This document shows positions 36,301 to 55,947 of a stretch of DNA of 64,000 nucleotides, in pieces. The position numbers were made by a program, and so were the translations under genes. Below the pieces are notes generated by a model. That model was not told where the DNA came from, did no database searches, and saw only the letters and a list, made by a program, of their open reading frames with translations. The stretch is from the NCBI RefSeq assembly GCF_009914755.1, contig NC_060931.1; one strand, given 5' to 3'. Numbering within the stretch: the stretch's first letter is position 1; every line of letters starts with the position of its first letter. Origin of the DNA: the human T2T-CHM13v2.0 reference genome, Homo sapiens.

Positions 36301-38169
36301 CTGTAGGTTGGCCACAACAGGAATAGTTCCAAAGATTGTTTTAAAGCAGTCTATAGGTCACAGTGAGTAGAGTATTGAAGAAATTATCTCCAGATAGATT
36401 TCCTCTAATGAGAAATAATTCATGTCAAATAAGACTTGTAATTTTCATTATCTCAAGATAATTGCCTTGTACACCTCCCAGATCTCTCAAACTGTCTATT
36501 GAGCTAAAATCCATCAAATTGAAATCCAATAGAACTGGTCTCTGAGATAACTTCAAGGACAGCATACGTTCAGTCTGCCTTATCAGTTGAGTGAAGATGA
36601 ATTGCCAAAGAGAGCCAGGTAATTTGCCTGGAAAATGAGTTCACTTGTAGAGGTGGTCATGACAAAAAGACAAGAGCTTTTAAAATTTTGTTCTACATTC
36701 CCAGAAACTTGCTGAAATCAAGACCCACTACTTATTTAGAAATATCTTGCACATTTCCTCACTCAGTATTCCCTTGTGAACAATTTGAGTTTGGGCATGG
36801 TAAGAGCATCAGGCCAACCTGATGATAGATAATTTTGTATGCTTTTATTTTTGTTTTACAACTAAAATAAAATGGAATCTTAGCAGGTTAGAGGTAGAAA
36901 AAAAATTGTTCCTTCTGAACCCGTGCTAGAACTCATATCTTGTAATTCCCAACTAAGTGCTCTTTCTACTAGATTTTTACAAATTGTTTGTTCTCTTTTA
37001 TAAATATTTTCATTGATCAGAAAAGAAAGAAATGATGTCTTTAATCTACTAACCTGTCTCAGCTTGACATTCAATTTAAAAGAAATGACAGTCTAATAAT
37101 ATTCAAAAATGATTGAACAGCTATTTAAATTTTAATTGAAGTTTATATGAAAGTCCTCTCCAGAGTTTCATTCATCCTCTCCAGAGTTTCATTTCATTCA
37201 TACACAGGCCAATACTTCATAACTTCTCTTTTTACTCATCTATCTCCCCAAAGTAAGTTTACCACATTAGAGCTCGATTATCACCTGCCCTAGAAAGCAC
37301 TTCATCTCTTTCTCAAATGATCCCTCAATTTCAAGTCCACCACACAGACTTTGGTTTCCCTCATCACTCCCTTCTCCCCTTAAGGTCATTTCTTCTATAG
37401 TTACTGTGTCCTTCCCAATTTAAATCAGTCCAGCCAGTCTCCGCCTTATTCCAACTTGCACAAGTTCAGAAATGAGTGCACAAAAATAGCGATGCTTTTT
37501 ACATTGTTTGTATTTCATACATGAAAAAGATAATGCTCTTATATTACTCAAAATTCATATCTTTTTGATAATTCAAGTTATTTTCTTGTAATGAGAAAGA
37601 GTATACATCCATATATAGGATATATGATTCCACATTTTATGTGACATTTTTGTGTTTCTATGTCTCTTCCTTTCTCTATTTATTGCTCAGTATCCACACT
37701 TACACTCAGTAAACACTCTATGAAGAAGGCCTGGATGAGTTCCATAAAACGAGGTAAAATATAAATTACTACATAAATAAATACAATTATATATTTGAGT
37801 TTCTGTGTCTCATTGTCAATTCTGTTTAACCCTGTGTAGCTACATCTGTCCCCAGAAAATCTGACTGAAGAAAATAACATTGTAGATGAGGACTCTAAAA
37901 GTAATCACTTTGTTTATATTTATACGAGTGACAATACTAGAGCCATTTTGTGATTCTTGCAATCTAGCAAACACAAACATAATTAATTCAAATACAAGAA
38001 TGTAGACAGTCGTGGAAAGAGGATTAATAATGCACCAGAAACTATTGGTTATATTATTTAACCACTACACATTTACTATTGTACACATCAAAAATTCTAC
38101 CATTATATAAACTCTTTGGATTTGTAATTCAGAATGGTATTACTGTTTCCACACTGTGTCAAAGTACAT

Positions 38170-38219
38170 TGATATAAATAACCACAAAAATATTCCATTT
38201 TTTGTGGTTATTTATATCA
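38170..38219. repeat. Perfect 21-bp inverted repeat with 8-nt loop
   Basis: TGATATAAATAACCACAAAAA-TATTCCAT-TTTTTGTGGTTATTTATATCA. Confidence 0.97.
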
Positions 38220-38234
38220 TCTTAAGTAGGACAA

Positions 38235-38615
38235 TGACAATCCTCCCACTAAGACGTGGAGACTCTGCTCCCTTCCCTTGAATTTGGTTAGAGCCTGTTA
38301 CTCTTTGACCAATAGAGTGAAGAAATGATGCAATATGACCGCTGAAGCTCGAATATCAAAAGGGTATAGTTTCCTCATAGGTACCTCTCATTATATATAG
38401 TTTCCTCATAACTATCTCTTATTATTTGCTTTTGGAGCCCTGAGGCTCCAAACAAGTCTGGCTAACCTGAAGCTGCCATGCTGGAGAGATTATTTGGAGA
38501 GATTACAAACAGATAAAGATCCCTAGCTACTGTTCTGGCTTTTGCATTTTTTTCAGCTCATGCATCAGACACATGACAGAATAATGCTTCAAATAACCTC
38601 AGCCCCAGTAACTGT
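38235..38615 (+). mobile_element. MLT1G/H-like LTR fragment
   Basis: CCCTTGAATTTGG, TTTGACCAATAGA, GCTGCCATGCTGGAGAG. Confidence 0.65.
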
Positions 38616-38920
38616 CTGTCAAAATTAAAACAAACAAACAAACACAACAAAAAGAAAACCCACTTAAACAAACCAATGGGCTAAGGAAGAAATCATAAGG
38701 GAAAATCAAAATTAAAAACTCTTGTGCATCAAAGAACATTGTCAAAAAAGTGAAAAGACAACCTATGGAATGGAAGAATATATTTGTAAATCATATATCT
38801 GATAAAGATTTAATATTCCGAATATATAAGAATTACTACAACTCAACAATGAAAGACCAACAGCCCAATTAAAAAATGGGCAAATAACTTTAATACAAAT
38901 ATCTTCAAAGAAGATATACA

Positions 38921-39217
<297 letters not shown>

Positions 39218-39267
39218 AAAGAAGATATACAAATGGTTAATAATTAAAAGATACTCAACATCATTAG

Positions 39268-39693
<426 letters not shown>

Positions 39694-40198
39694 TACCACT
39701 TTACATCTTTGAGGATAGTTAGAATTTAAAAAACAGAAAATAACTAATGCTAAAAAGGATATGGAAAAACTGGAACCCTGTTCATTGCTGGTGGAAATGT
39801 AATATGGTACAGCTACTATGAACAACAGTCTGGCAGTTCCCCAGAAAGCTAAACTTATAATACAACCCAGTAAGACTGTGCTCTTCAACATATACCCAAA
39901 AGAATTGAAAAGGGAAGCCCAAGCAAGATAAATACTTTCTAACGATTTGTTGTACAACATTGTGCCTGTAGTTAACAATACTGTATTGTGCATTTAAAAT
40001 TTCGTTGAGGATAGAGCTCATGTTAAGTGTTCTTGCCATAATAAATAAATAGATAAATGAATAAATAGAGGATTTGAACACATATTTGTACAAAAATGTA
40101 TATTGAAGCATTATTCACAATAGACAAAACGTGCAAATGATCTAAGTGAACAGATGAATGGATACACAAAATAATGGTTTATAAATATGATCAAATAG

Positions 40199-40456
<258 letters not shown>

Positions 40457-41089
40457 TAGGCAGATACTTTTATATTATAAATGTATATTTGTTATAATAA
40501 AATAAAATGTTAAAAATTTGTGTGGAATAGTTAGTGTAACCCCCTTTTTCAAGAAGGTAGCAATAATTAATTCCTCTTATCAATTTATAAGGCAGATGTG
40601 AGCAGTTTTTGTAATAAATAAATGAGCATATTTAGATAAAAATCAAGGTGCTTGGAAACATAACAGAAATATATTAATTTAATAATATATATAAGATAAT
40701 AGAAATATAATAATAGTATTTGAAAATAATACAATCATTACCAAAGTAAGAAAAGAAAAGTTGACTGGAATTCCTTGATATACTAAGAAAAATATAAACC
40801 AAAGTCTTCTAAGAACGAAGGTGTGAGTTGGCGATTGAATTGTGTGAAAACGTTTGAAACAACAGGAAGTTAAAAAATGATATACAAAATTAAAAGAAGC
40901 ATCAAGAGTTCAGTTAAAGTTAGATAATATGACTTTTGCCCCAAATCTAATTGATAAATTAATTTTTAAAAATGCTTCGAAACCTGCTGTTTACCAAGAA
41001 GTTAGGTGCTTGGTATTCAATGTTGTATAACAGTCTTCACTTTCCAGATGAAGGGAGGTGAGAAAATATCCTCAGGGATTTCTCTGCAC

Positions 41090-41278
41090 CAATGATTATC
41101 ACAATGTAATGAGTATTAGGAAATTACCTCATAGGCTTGTTAAAGCACAAATAGCTGGGCCTCACCCTGAGTTCCTGATTCACTTGGTCTAGGGTAGACC
41201 CCAAGAATTTGCATTTCTAACATGTTCTCCAGTGCTGGTCTGCTGCTGTTTGCAGGAACCACATTTTGAAAGCCACTG
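41090..41278. mobile_element. MER5A (hAT-Charlie)
   Basis: GCTGGGCCTCACCC, AATTTGCATTTCTAACA, ACCACATTTTGA...CCACTG. Confidence 0.8.
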
Positions 41279-42689
41279 CTCTACTAAAACAGCAAGAAGT
41301 TGCTCCTGCTGTGATACTCCTTTTTTTCTTTCCTCCACATTCTCTGCCATGTTCTTGTGCTATTTCTTACTTTCACTCTATCACATCTTACCTTATTTGC
41401 TTGAAATGCAACACCAGATGCTCTTCACCAGTGACGTCTATGTGCACTTAATTACACTCATTTGAAGCAGAAACAGCAAATGTTTTTCTCATTTAAGAAA
41501 TAAGAAAAAAAAAGTTGGTAGCTGTAAAGTTGAAGTGTATTGTCCAAGATTACATACCCTGATTATTGACATGGCTATAATTTATGTGTTTTTACTCCCA
41601 GCTTCAAGATCTTTTCAGTACAACACAAATACATTTTGCACAAGACACATGTCTTATTCAGCTAAAGTTGTGAGAACGAGCAGACATCACAGAAAAGCAA
41701 TCACTGAAGGGTGGAAATAAGACTGATTTTTCTTCTTTTTGGCAAATAATGAATAAATTATGACATGTGAGTGCAGATGAAGTGTATCTTATAAAATCTG
41801 GAGGCTAACTTGTGGAATAGGATGGTATCTGATTAGCATTCCATGACTTGGTCTCCCTGAGCTTTCAATAAAATACCTATGAGGACTGAAAATAAAAAGG
41901 AAACATATATCATAAAAAACTGAAATAAAAAATAGGTCACTGATACAGTCTGATATGTATTTCCACTAACTTAAGACCTACAACCACCAATAAGAAAACA
42001 TTAGTCCACAGTTTACATTAACAGCAATGCTGCTCAGGGGAAAACCTTCTGACTATCATGAAGGACTGCATGGATATGCCTTTTCCCATCTTTGAGCCCT
42101 TCCATGTACATTTGAAGTTTCAGGAGCTATATGAACCAAAAATCCAAGTGGACTGAAACCAGCTGCCTCAGTAGCTTACACAGTTTCTTTTGTCCGCCAC
42201 CTTACATCCTCCCATCATCCTCTCTCTCTCTTTCTCAATAAATATTATGCTTTAATAGAAAGAAGCTCTTATTTCAAGGATGACTGATAAAAATAGATAT
42301 CTACAAGAATATCTGCAGCATAAGAGGAAAATAGTATCCAGAATTAACATACTTTTGAGATAATATTGCAAAAAACAGACATAAAATTCACAGTGCCTTG
42401 GGTTTTGTGTTATCAGTACAATTTAAGAAAACATGATCTGTAAGAAAGGAAAAATGAACAATGAATTGATAAAGTCACAGTTTGAGATGAGAAAGAGCTA
42501 TAAAAAGTTGATGAAAATGATACAGCCAACTTGTAATAAATTTAAAAATAAAAGGGAAGAAGTAAAATATGTATGAGAATAAATAAGGACAAAAGAGGCA
42601 CTACAGAAAATTAAAGTGTTGAGCAAGATTAATTTGAGATACTTCTCAAGGAAAGTCAGAGAAAATGGAGAAGTTGAAACATACAAGAA

Positions 42690-44760
42690 ATTTGCAATAC
42701 TTCCATCTTTGTCAGTATGACCAAACAGGTGCACTGAGAACCTTCCCTCACTCCCCACTCAACCCACACACAATATATAATGTGTGTGTGTGTGTGTGTA
42801 TATATATTTATATATATATTTATATATGATATATTTTAAAATTTTATTAATTTATATCTGGGTTCACAATTCTATTCAACCCTTCCAAGAGTAGGGGGAT
42901 TTTGTCAGAAATGGTGAGAAAGAGAAATTTCAGGAGCCAGTTTGTGCTGAGGACAATGGCCTATAGCAGTTTATTACCAGGATCTTGAATCTTGAGCCAG
43001 ATAAAAGATGAAGGATTGAGCCTAGTGACCCCTTGTGGAGCCCAGACCTTCCACATGTGACTTTCTGACTCCTGGCAAAAGAAGAGGCAGAAGCAGAAAC
43101 AAACTATCCCTGGAGAAAAGACATCTGGAAATCCTGAATTTAGGCTCACGGGAGTTCCATAGATTAAGATCAAACTATGATATCCAATCAAGATCTAAAA
43201 CACACAACCAGACAGAACATCATAAGTCAGAATCAGACAAAACAAAAAAACAAGAAAAATCAGATACAGATTCTTGAATCTGAAGATACCATAACTTTCA
43301 GATATAAACTATACATTAGCAATCCATGAAATATTTAGAAAAATAAAGGACAGAAACAAAAATATACAAGTAACAACTAAGTAACAAGGTTATTTTTTAA
43401 ATGAAACATATAATTGTGAAATCCAAAACAATCAATGGCTTAAACATCAGATACACACACACACACACACACACATTCCTAACATGTTAAAACTTTAAAA
43501 ACAAAAACATTTATTTATATCATGATAAAATCACAATAAAAATAGAAAGAAGCTCTTAAAAGCAGGTAAAGAGAAATAATAGCTTAAAAGGAAGCCATTT
43601 AGGTAGACAGCAGACCCAAAAGGAACAATGGAAGCCAGATGACAACCAGTTAACAGGCTCATGATGTTTAAAGCAAATGACTGCCAAGTGCAATTGCATA
43701 CCTACCAAATAATCTTTTACGAACAAGAGAGAACTAAAGATAGAATTCTAAGTGAATAAAAAGTGAGTGAGTTTGTCAAGTAATAGATCTTGATAAGATT
43801 CTCAAATAAAGAAACTTCTACATATGAATAAGAAAATCCAACAGAAAAATATATGCTAAAACATGAATAGATTTTTTACAGATTAGGACATAAAAATTAT
43901 ATACAAACAAAAAAAGATACAAAAATTGCAATAAGAGATATGTAAACTATGACCACAATGATATATAATTTTAAACCAATTAAATTGTCAAAAATTACAA
44001 CTTCTGGAAATATCAAAATGGGTTGTAGATTAGGTTACATTTTTATAAACTGAGGGTGGGAGTATAAGTCCCTATAACTGAAATAAAAACAAGTCAGTAT
44101 TACATTTTAAAGATGAATGTTCATATTAAGTATAACATAGAAATTATACTCCTTGGTGAAACTCCAGAGAAACACATGAAAGTGTACCAGAACACACATA
44201 CAAAATGTTCATTATGGCCTTAGTCTTAAAAACAAAAACTGGAAGCAACACAATTGCACATTGTCAGGGATAAGGATAAACACAAATAGTATATTATACA
44301 ATGAGTTATGGTTAGGCAATGACAATAATGAACTAGAGCTACCTGTAACTTGAAAATTTTTAGAATTTTATAGTAGATGGTTGGGGGAAAACACAGGTCC
44401 CAGAAATCTATAAGCAGCTTGATACCTTATAAAAGAGGTTTTATATATTTTAACATTAAATGAAATTAAGCAACAAGCCATTATGAATAGGAATCTATAT
44501 ACGTATATGTATAATTTTTAATAATTATTTTAAAATGTAAAGAGATGATGAGAACAGAGTGAGACCGGCTCCTGCTGGAAAGAGATATAGATAGAGTAAA
44601 GTAAGGAAACACAGAGAAATACATTGGGATTGGGATTATAGCACTGACAATGCTTTAGTTGTAGACCAGCATAGCATGAGTGCTGGAATTATGTATTATG
44701 CTTTATGACATATTTATGTTATCTATAGATTTGTACATTACAATTATTTTATTAAAACAC
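42690..44760 (+). mobile_element. Very old L1ME/HAL1-like element (ORF1 remnant followed closely by ORF2-end/3'UTR), with (TG)(TA)n and (CA)n repeats
   Basis: A-rich ORF1-like segment ~43200-43800 (CTCTTAAAAGCAG...AGACAGCAGAC...AACAATGGAAGCCAGA); L1 3' motifs from ~43840. Confidence 0.5.
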
Positions 44761-47700
44761 AAAGAAAAAGAAAAGGTCGAACAAGATGGCCAAATAGAAG
44801 CCACCACTGATCATCCTCCCCAGAGGAACATCGAATTGAAAAATTATCCACACAATAAAGCACCTTCATAAGAACAAAAATCAGGTGAGCAATCACAGTA
44901 CCTGATTGTAACTTCATATCACTGAAAGAAGCACTGAAAAGGATAGGAAAGAAAGCCTTCAGTTTCTGACACCACCCCTTCCCCGTCCCTTGGCAGCTGC
45001 CACATGGCGCGGAGAGAGAATCTGTGCACTTCGGAGAGTAATCGCTAAATAACTATGGTTCTTTGCGTTGGAACTCAGTGCTGCTCTGTCACAGTGGAAA
45101 GCAAAACAAGGAAGAGCTCAGCTGACACACACAGACGGAGCATTTAGACCAGCCCTGGCCAGAGGGGAATTGCCCATCCTAGTAGCCAGAACCTGAGTTC
45201 TGCCAAGCTTTGCCACCACAGTCTAAAGTGTTCTGGGGTCCTAAATAAACTTGAAAAGAAGTCTAGGACACAAGGACTGAAATTTCTGAGTGGGTCCTAG
45301 TGCTGTGTTGAGCTCATGGCCAGTGGACTTGGGAGACATGCAACCAAGTAAGACATCAACCAGAGCATCCAAGAGAGTGCTTATACCACCCCTCCCTCAA
45401 ACCCAGGCAACACAGCTCACAAATCCTAAAGAGACTCCTTCGTTCCACTTGAATATATGACAGGGAAGAGTAAAGAAGACTTTGTCTTGCAACTTGAATG
45501 CCAGCTCAGCCACAGTCTACCTGGTGCTATACTCCATTGTGAATAGGGCACCAGACAGAGCCTTTAGATCCCCCAGGCTATATCTTCCAAATGGCATTTC
45601 TAGACACACCCTGGGCCAGAAGGGAATCCACCGCCTTGAAAAGAAGGACACAGTCCTGGCAAGATTCATTATCTGCTGACTAAAGGAGCTCTTGAGCTCT
45701 GAATAATCAGCAGTGGTACCCATGTAGTACTTTCCATGGGCCTTGGGTGAGACTCAGAGACAAGCTCATTTCAGGTGTGAACCAGCATATTCCCAACTGG
45801 GGTAACAAAGGGGAGAGACTTCTGCTAGAGAAAAAGAGAGAGAAGAGCAAAGGGAACTTTGTCTTGCAGCTTAGGTACCAGCTCAGCCACAGTGGGTTAG
45901 AGCACCAGACAGGCTCTTGGTATCCCCAATTCTAAGCCGTGGCTCTTGAGCAGTATTTCTGGACCTTCCTTTGGCCACAGGAGATTCCACTTCCTGGAAG
46001 AGAGAGTCCCAGGCAAGGTAGCATTTATCACAGCCCACTGAAGAGCCCTTTGGCCTTGAGCAAACATCAGCAGTAGCCAGGCAGTACTCACAGTGGGCCT
46101 GGGCTGGTGGTGGCCATAGAGAGACACTCTTCTGGTTGTGGAAAAGAGAGGGAAGAACGTGAAGGACTCTGTCTTGTGGCTTGGGTGCCAGTTCAGTCAC
46201 AATGGAATAGAACATCAGGCAGACTCCCAATTTTTTTTTTTTTTTTACTCTAGGCCCTGACTCCCAGATGATATCTCTGGGCCTGTCCGGGAAGTGGCTT
46301 CCTGAAAGGGAAAAATACAAGCCTGGCTAGCTTCACTACCTGCTGATTGTAGAGCCCTAGGGTCTTGAGTGAAAAACAGACAGAAGCCATGCAGTGGTTA
46401 CAGTGGGCCTTGGATGAGACTGAGTGCCATACTGGCTTAAGTTTTGGCCCAGCACAGTCCCACTGGTGACAGGGCTGCTCATGTCAATCACCTCCACCAC
46501 CTCTCCCAGTCCCAGGCAGCTTAGCACAGAGAGAGAGAGACCTCATTTGTTTGGGAGAAAGTAAGGGAATAGAACAAGAGTCTGCTTGGTAATCCAGATA
46601 ATTCTTCTGGATCTTGTTTAAGACCACCAAGGAAGTGCCTCTATGAGTCTGCAAGAGCCATAGCATTATTCTGCTTTGGTGCACCCTAATGCAGATATGA
46701 CTAAAGTGACCAGAACTTAGATCACAACACCCAAGTTCCTTCAAATACCTGGAAAGCCTTCCCAAAACAAAATCATACAAACAAGCCCAGACTGTGAAGA
46801 CTTACATAAATACCTAACTCTACAATGCATAAACACTGACAAATATCAAAGCATCAAGACCATCCAGGAAAACACGACCTCATGAAATCAACTCAGTAAG
46901 GCACCAGTGACCAATCATGCAGAGGTAGACTTATGTGACGTTTCAGACAGAAGATTCATAATAGCAGTTTTGAGGAAACGCAACAAAATTCAAGATAAAA
47001 GAGACAAGGAATTCAGAATCATATCAGATAAATTTAACAAAGAGATTGAAATAATTAAAAAGAACCAAGCAGAAATTCTGGAGCTGAAAAATGCATTTAA
47101 GAAACTGGAGAATGCATCAGAGTGTCTTAGTAACAGAACTGATCAAGCAAAAGAAAGAATTAGCTTGAAGAGAGGCTTTTAAAAATACAGTCCAACAAGA
47201 CAAAATAAAAAAGAATGAAGCATGCCTGCAAGATCTAGAATACAGCCTCAAAAGGCAAATCTAAGATTTTTACCCTTAAAGAGGAGGTAGAGAGAGAGAT
47301 AGAGGTAGAAAGTTTATTTGAAGAGATAATATCAGTAAACTTTCCAAACCTAGAGAAACATATCATTGCTTGAGTACAAGAAGGCTGTAAAACACAGAGA
47401 AGATTTAACCCAAATAAGAATACCTCAAGACATTTAATAATCAAACTCACAAAGGTCAAGGATAAAGAGAGGATCCTGAGAGCAGCAAGGGAGGAAAAGC
47501 AAATGAGGTAAATGGAGCTCTAATACATCTGGCAGCAGACTTTTCAGTGAATGCCTTATAGGCCAGGAGACAGTGGTATGACATATTTAAAATACTAAAA
47601 GAAAAAATAAGTCTCCTAAAATAGCATATCCAGGAAAAATACCCTTCAAAGTTGAAGGAGAAAGAAAGTTTCCCAGAAAAAAAGAAAAGTCCTACAAAGC

Positions 47701-48463
47701 AATGCTAAAATGAATTTTTCAGTAGGAAAGAAAAGGATGCTAATGAGCAATCAGAAATAATGTCGAGGCACAAAACTCACTGGTAATAGTAAATATAAAG
47801 AAAAACACATTACATTATAACATTGTAATTGTGGTGTGCAAACTACTCATATTGAATAGAAAGGCTAAAAGATTAACTCATCAAAAATAAATAACTACAA
47901 CAAGTTTTCAAGACACAGACAGTACATATACTATATGCCAATAAATTGAAAACTCTAGAAGAAATGGATAAATTCCTAAACACATACAACCTACCAAGAT
48001 TGAAACATGAAAAAAACCCAAAAACTGAACAGATCAATTACAAGTAATGTGATTGAAGCTGTAATAAAAAAATCTCCCAGCAAAGAAAAGCGAGGGACCT
48101 GATGGCTTCACTGCTGAATTTTACCAAGTATTTAAAGAACTGACACAAATTCTACTCAAACTATTCTGCAAAATAAAGGAGGAAATACTTCCAAATTCAC
48201 TATATGAGGTGAGTATTACCCTGATACTAACACCAGAAAAAGACACATTAAAAAAAGAAAACTACAGGCCAATATCTCTGGTGAACATTGATGCAAAAAT
48301 CCTTAACAAGATGCTAGTAAGCTGAATTCAACAACGCATTGAAAAAGTCATTCATCATGACCAACTAGGATTTAGCCCAGTAATACAAGGCTAGTTCAAC
48401 ATATGCAAATCAATCACAATGACACATTATATCAACAGAATGAAAGACAAAAACCGTATGATC

Positions 48464-51505
<3,042 letters not shown>

Positions 51506-51882
51506 TGATCGTTTCAACTGGTGCTGAAAAAGCATTTGAGACTATTCAACATCCTTTCATGATAAAAACCCTTAAGAATAAAAACAAAAAAAAAATCTAG
51601 GTCTAGAAGGAACCTACCAAAACACAATAAAAGTCATTTATCACAGACCCACAGCAAGTATTATAGTGAATGGGGAAAAACTGAAAGTCTTTCCTACAAC
51701 CTCTGGAACACAATAAGGATACCCACTTTCACCACTGTTATTCAGCATAGTCCTGGAGTCTTAATTAGATAAATCAGATAAGAGAAAGAAATAAAGGGTA
51801 TCAACACAAGAAAGGAAAAAGCCAAATTATACTTGTTTGCAGATGATATGATCTTATATTTGGAAAAAAAATTCTAAAATTT

Positions 51883-52196
<314 letters not shown>

Positions 52197-54085
52197 TTAT
52201 ATGGAACCACAAAAGACCCAGAATAGCCACAGCTGTCTTGAACAAGACGGAAAAAATAAACTGGAAAAATCGCATGAACTTATATCAAATTATACTACAG
52301 AGCAATAGAGACCAAAGCAACACGGTACTAGCATAAAAACAGACACATGGACCAATGGAAAAGAACAAAGAACCCAGAAACAAATCTATACATTTACAGT
52401 GAACTCATTGTTGACAAAGGTTCCAAGAACATACACTTAAGAATAGACAGTCTCTCCAATAAATGCTGGGAAACTGGATATCCATATGCAGGATAATGAA
52501 GCCAGACTTCTATCTCTCACCATACACAAAAATCAAATCAAAATGGATTGAAGACTTAAATCTAAGACCTCAAACTATGAAACTACTACAAGAAAACATT
52601 GGAGAAGCTCTCTAGGACATTGGACTTGGCATAGATTTCTTAAGTAATATCCCACAAGCACAGGAAACCGAAGCAAAAATGGACAAACAAAATCACCTCA
52701 CCTTGAAAAGCTTCTGCACAACAAAGGAAACCATCAACAAAGTGAAGAGACAACCCACAGAATAGGAAAAAGTATTTGAAAACTACCCTTCTGACAATAG
52801 ATTAAGAACCAGAATATATAAGGAGCTCAAACAACTCTATTGCACAAAAATCTAAAATTCTGATTTAAAAAGGAGCAAAAGATCTGAATAGGTATTTCTT
52901 AAAAGAAGACACACAAATGGCAAGCAGATATACATGAAAAAGTGCTCAACATCATTGATCATAAGAGAAATGCAAATGAAAACAATTGAGAGAAATTAAG
53001 GGAAAGCATTCACAAAAAATAAGATACATCATCTCACCCTAGTTAACATGGCTTTTATTCAAATATTAGGCAATAACAAATGCTGGTGAGGATGTGGAGA
53101 AAGGGAACTCTCATACACTGTTGTTGGGAATGGAAATTACCACAACCACTCTGGAGAAGAGTTTGGAGGTTCTTCAAAAAACTAAAAATAGAGCTGTCAT
53201 ACAATTCAGCTATCCCACTCCTAGGTATATACCCAAGATAAAGGAAATCAGGGTATTAGAGATTTATCTACACTCCCATGTATATTGCAGCACTATTTAC
53301 AATAACCAAGATGTGGAAGCAACCAAAGTGTCCATCAACAGACGAAGGGATAAATAAAGTGTGGTATGTGCACATAATTGAGTGCTATTTAATATTCAGT
53401 CATTGAAAAGGAATGAGATAATAAAATATTGTCATTTGTAACAACATGGATGGAACTGGAGGGCATTATGTTAAGTGAAATAAGCCAGGCACAAAAAGAC
53501 AAACTTTGCATGTTCTCATTTATTTATAGTAACTAAAAACTTTAAAATAATTGAACTCACGGAGACAGAGTGGAATGATTATTACCAGAGACTGGGAAAG
53601 ATCATGGGGTCAGGGGAAAAGGGAAATGGTTAATGGGCACAAGAATATTATTAGAATGAAAAAGATCTTGCATTTGATAGCACAACAGGGTGACTAAAGT
53701 CAACAATAATTTGTTTTACATTTCAAAATCACTAAAAGAATATAATTGGATATTTTGTACACAAAGAAATCATTAGTGCTTCAGGTGATGAAAACCCCAT
53801 TTATGCTGATGTGATTATTATGCAGAGTATGTCTGTATCAAAAGATCTCACATACCCTGTAAAATAGGAATACCTACTATGTGGCCACAAATCTTAAAAA
53901 TTAAAAATTTAAAAATTAGAAAACAATAATTTCAGAAGTAAGTATAAAAATTTAAAGTTTTTGCAAAGCTCATGGAAACCTCAAATTAAAAAACAAAACA
54001 AAACATGCCACAGGTATACAAAAAAGAAAAGGGAAGGAAGTAAAGCATACTACCAGAAAAAAAATCACAAGTTTCAAAACATGGT

Positions 54086-54214
54086 GAGGAGATATACCTA
54101 ATGTAAATGATGAGTTAATGGGTGCAGCACACCAACATGGCACATGTATACATATGTAACAAACCTGCACGTTGTGCACATGTACCCTAGAACTTAAAGT
54201 AAAATTAAAAAAAA
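54086..54214 (+). mobile_element. Short L1PA5-like 3' end
   Basis: GATATACCTAATGTAAATGA...TACCCTAGAACTTAAAGTA plus A tail. Confidence 0.88.
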
Positions 54215-55031
54215 GAACAATTGATAAATCCGTTTCATATTGGGTATAAATTATTGATAGTTTGACTCCCTGAAAAAATAGAGAAAATAACAAATGAAAG
54301 TGAAGCAGGAACTACATAGTGAAAAGGAGAAAAATTCTAAAGATGAAGAAAATGCATGTAAGTTAAAATTATTGAAATGTAGTATTTTTTCTTAAATCTA
54401 AGTAAAAATCACAGTAAACAATTACAGAAGTAACATGATAAAAAATATAAAATAAAACAAAAATAGCTAGCTATTTACAAAGCAAGAACTAGATTCTGGG
54501 AAGAACATGATTTTTATTTATTGCTGTATTCATGTACAGTGAAGGAGAGGGAGTAAATATGTCTAGCCTCGTAGCCGAAGGCAGAAAGATGAACAAGTGA
54601 CGAGTCCAACAGGTTAATTAGAAGTAAAGAAAGAGCAATCTGACTTCAGATTCATCCTCTGCAGTAATAAACCTAGGAAGATAATGAAACAACTTTAAAA
54701 AAAGATTGAATGTTTTTTTTAGTAGGTAAAAAGTAGAAACAATCTGAATGGCCATAATAAGAGAATTGGTAAATTTGATATTCTGTTAAATTCTAAACAG
54801 GATTATTATCTATCACTTAAAAATAAGATTGCAACCTGAAGAATACTCCTCAAAACTGTTAAGGTCATCATAGCCAGGAAAATCTGAGGAATTTTCACAG
54901 CCAAGAGGAAACTTAATCACAAGCAATAATTTTTTTAAAAATTTTCAAACACAATTCTTTCAATACTATTCATAATAGTGAGAATATGAATCAATATAAA
55001 TATTTAACAATATGAAAATTATCTTTAAAAT

Positions 55032-55807
<776 letters not shown>

Positions 55808-55844
55808 TGAACTAAAATGACTATTCCAAATCTTAACACACAGT

Positions 55845-55947
55845 ATTCAAATATGTATTGAGCGCTTGTTATTAATATGTATTTCACACAGTTCCAAGCG
55901 TGGGAATATAGGAGTGTGAACTGGACACACAGCTGCTTTCCTCAAGC
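55845..55947 (-). mobile_element. L2 3' fragment
   Basis: ATTCAAATATGTATTGAGCGC...GGGAATATAG...GTGAA. Confidence 0.5.
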
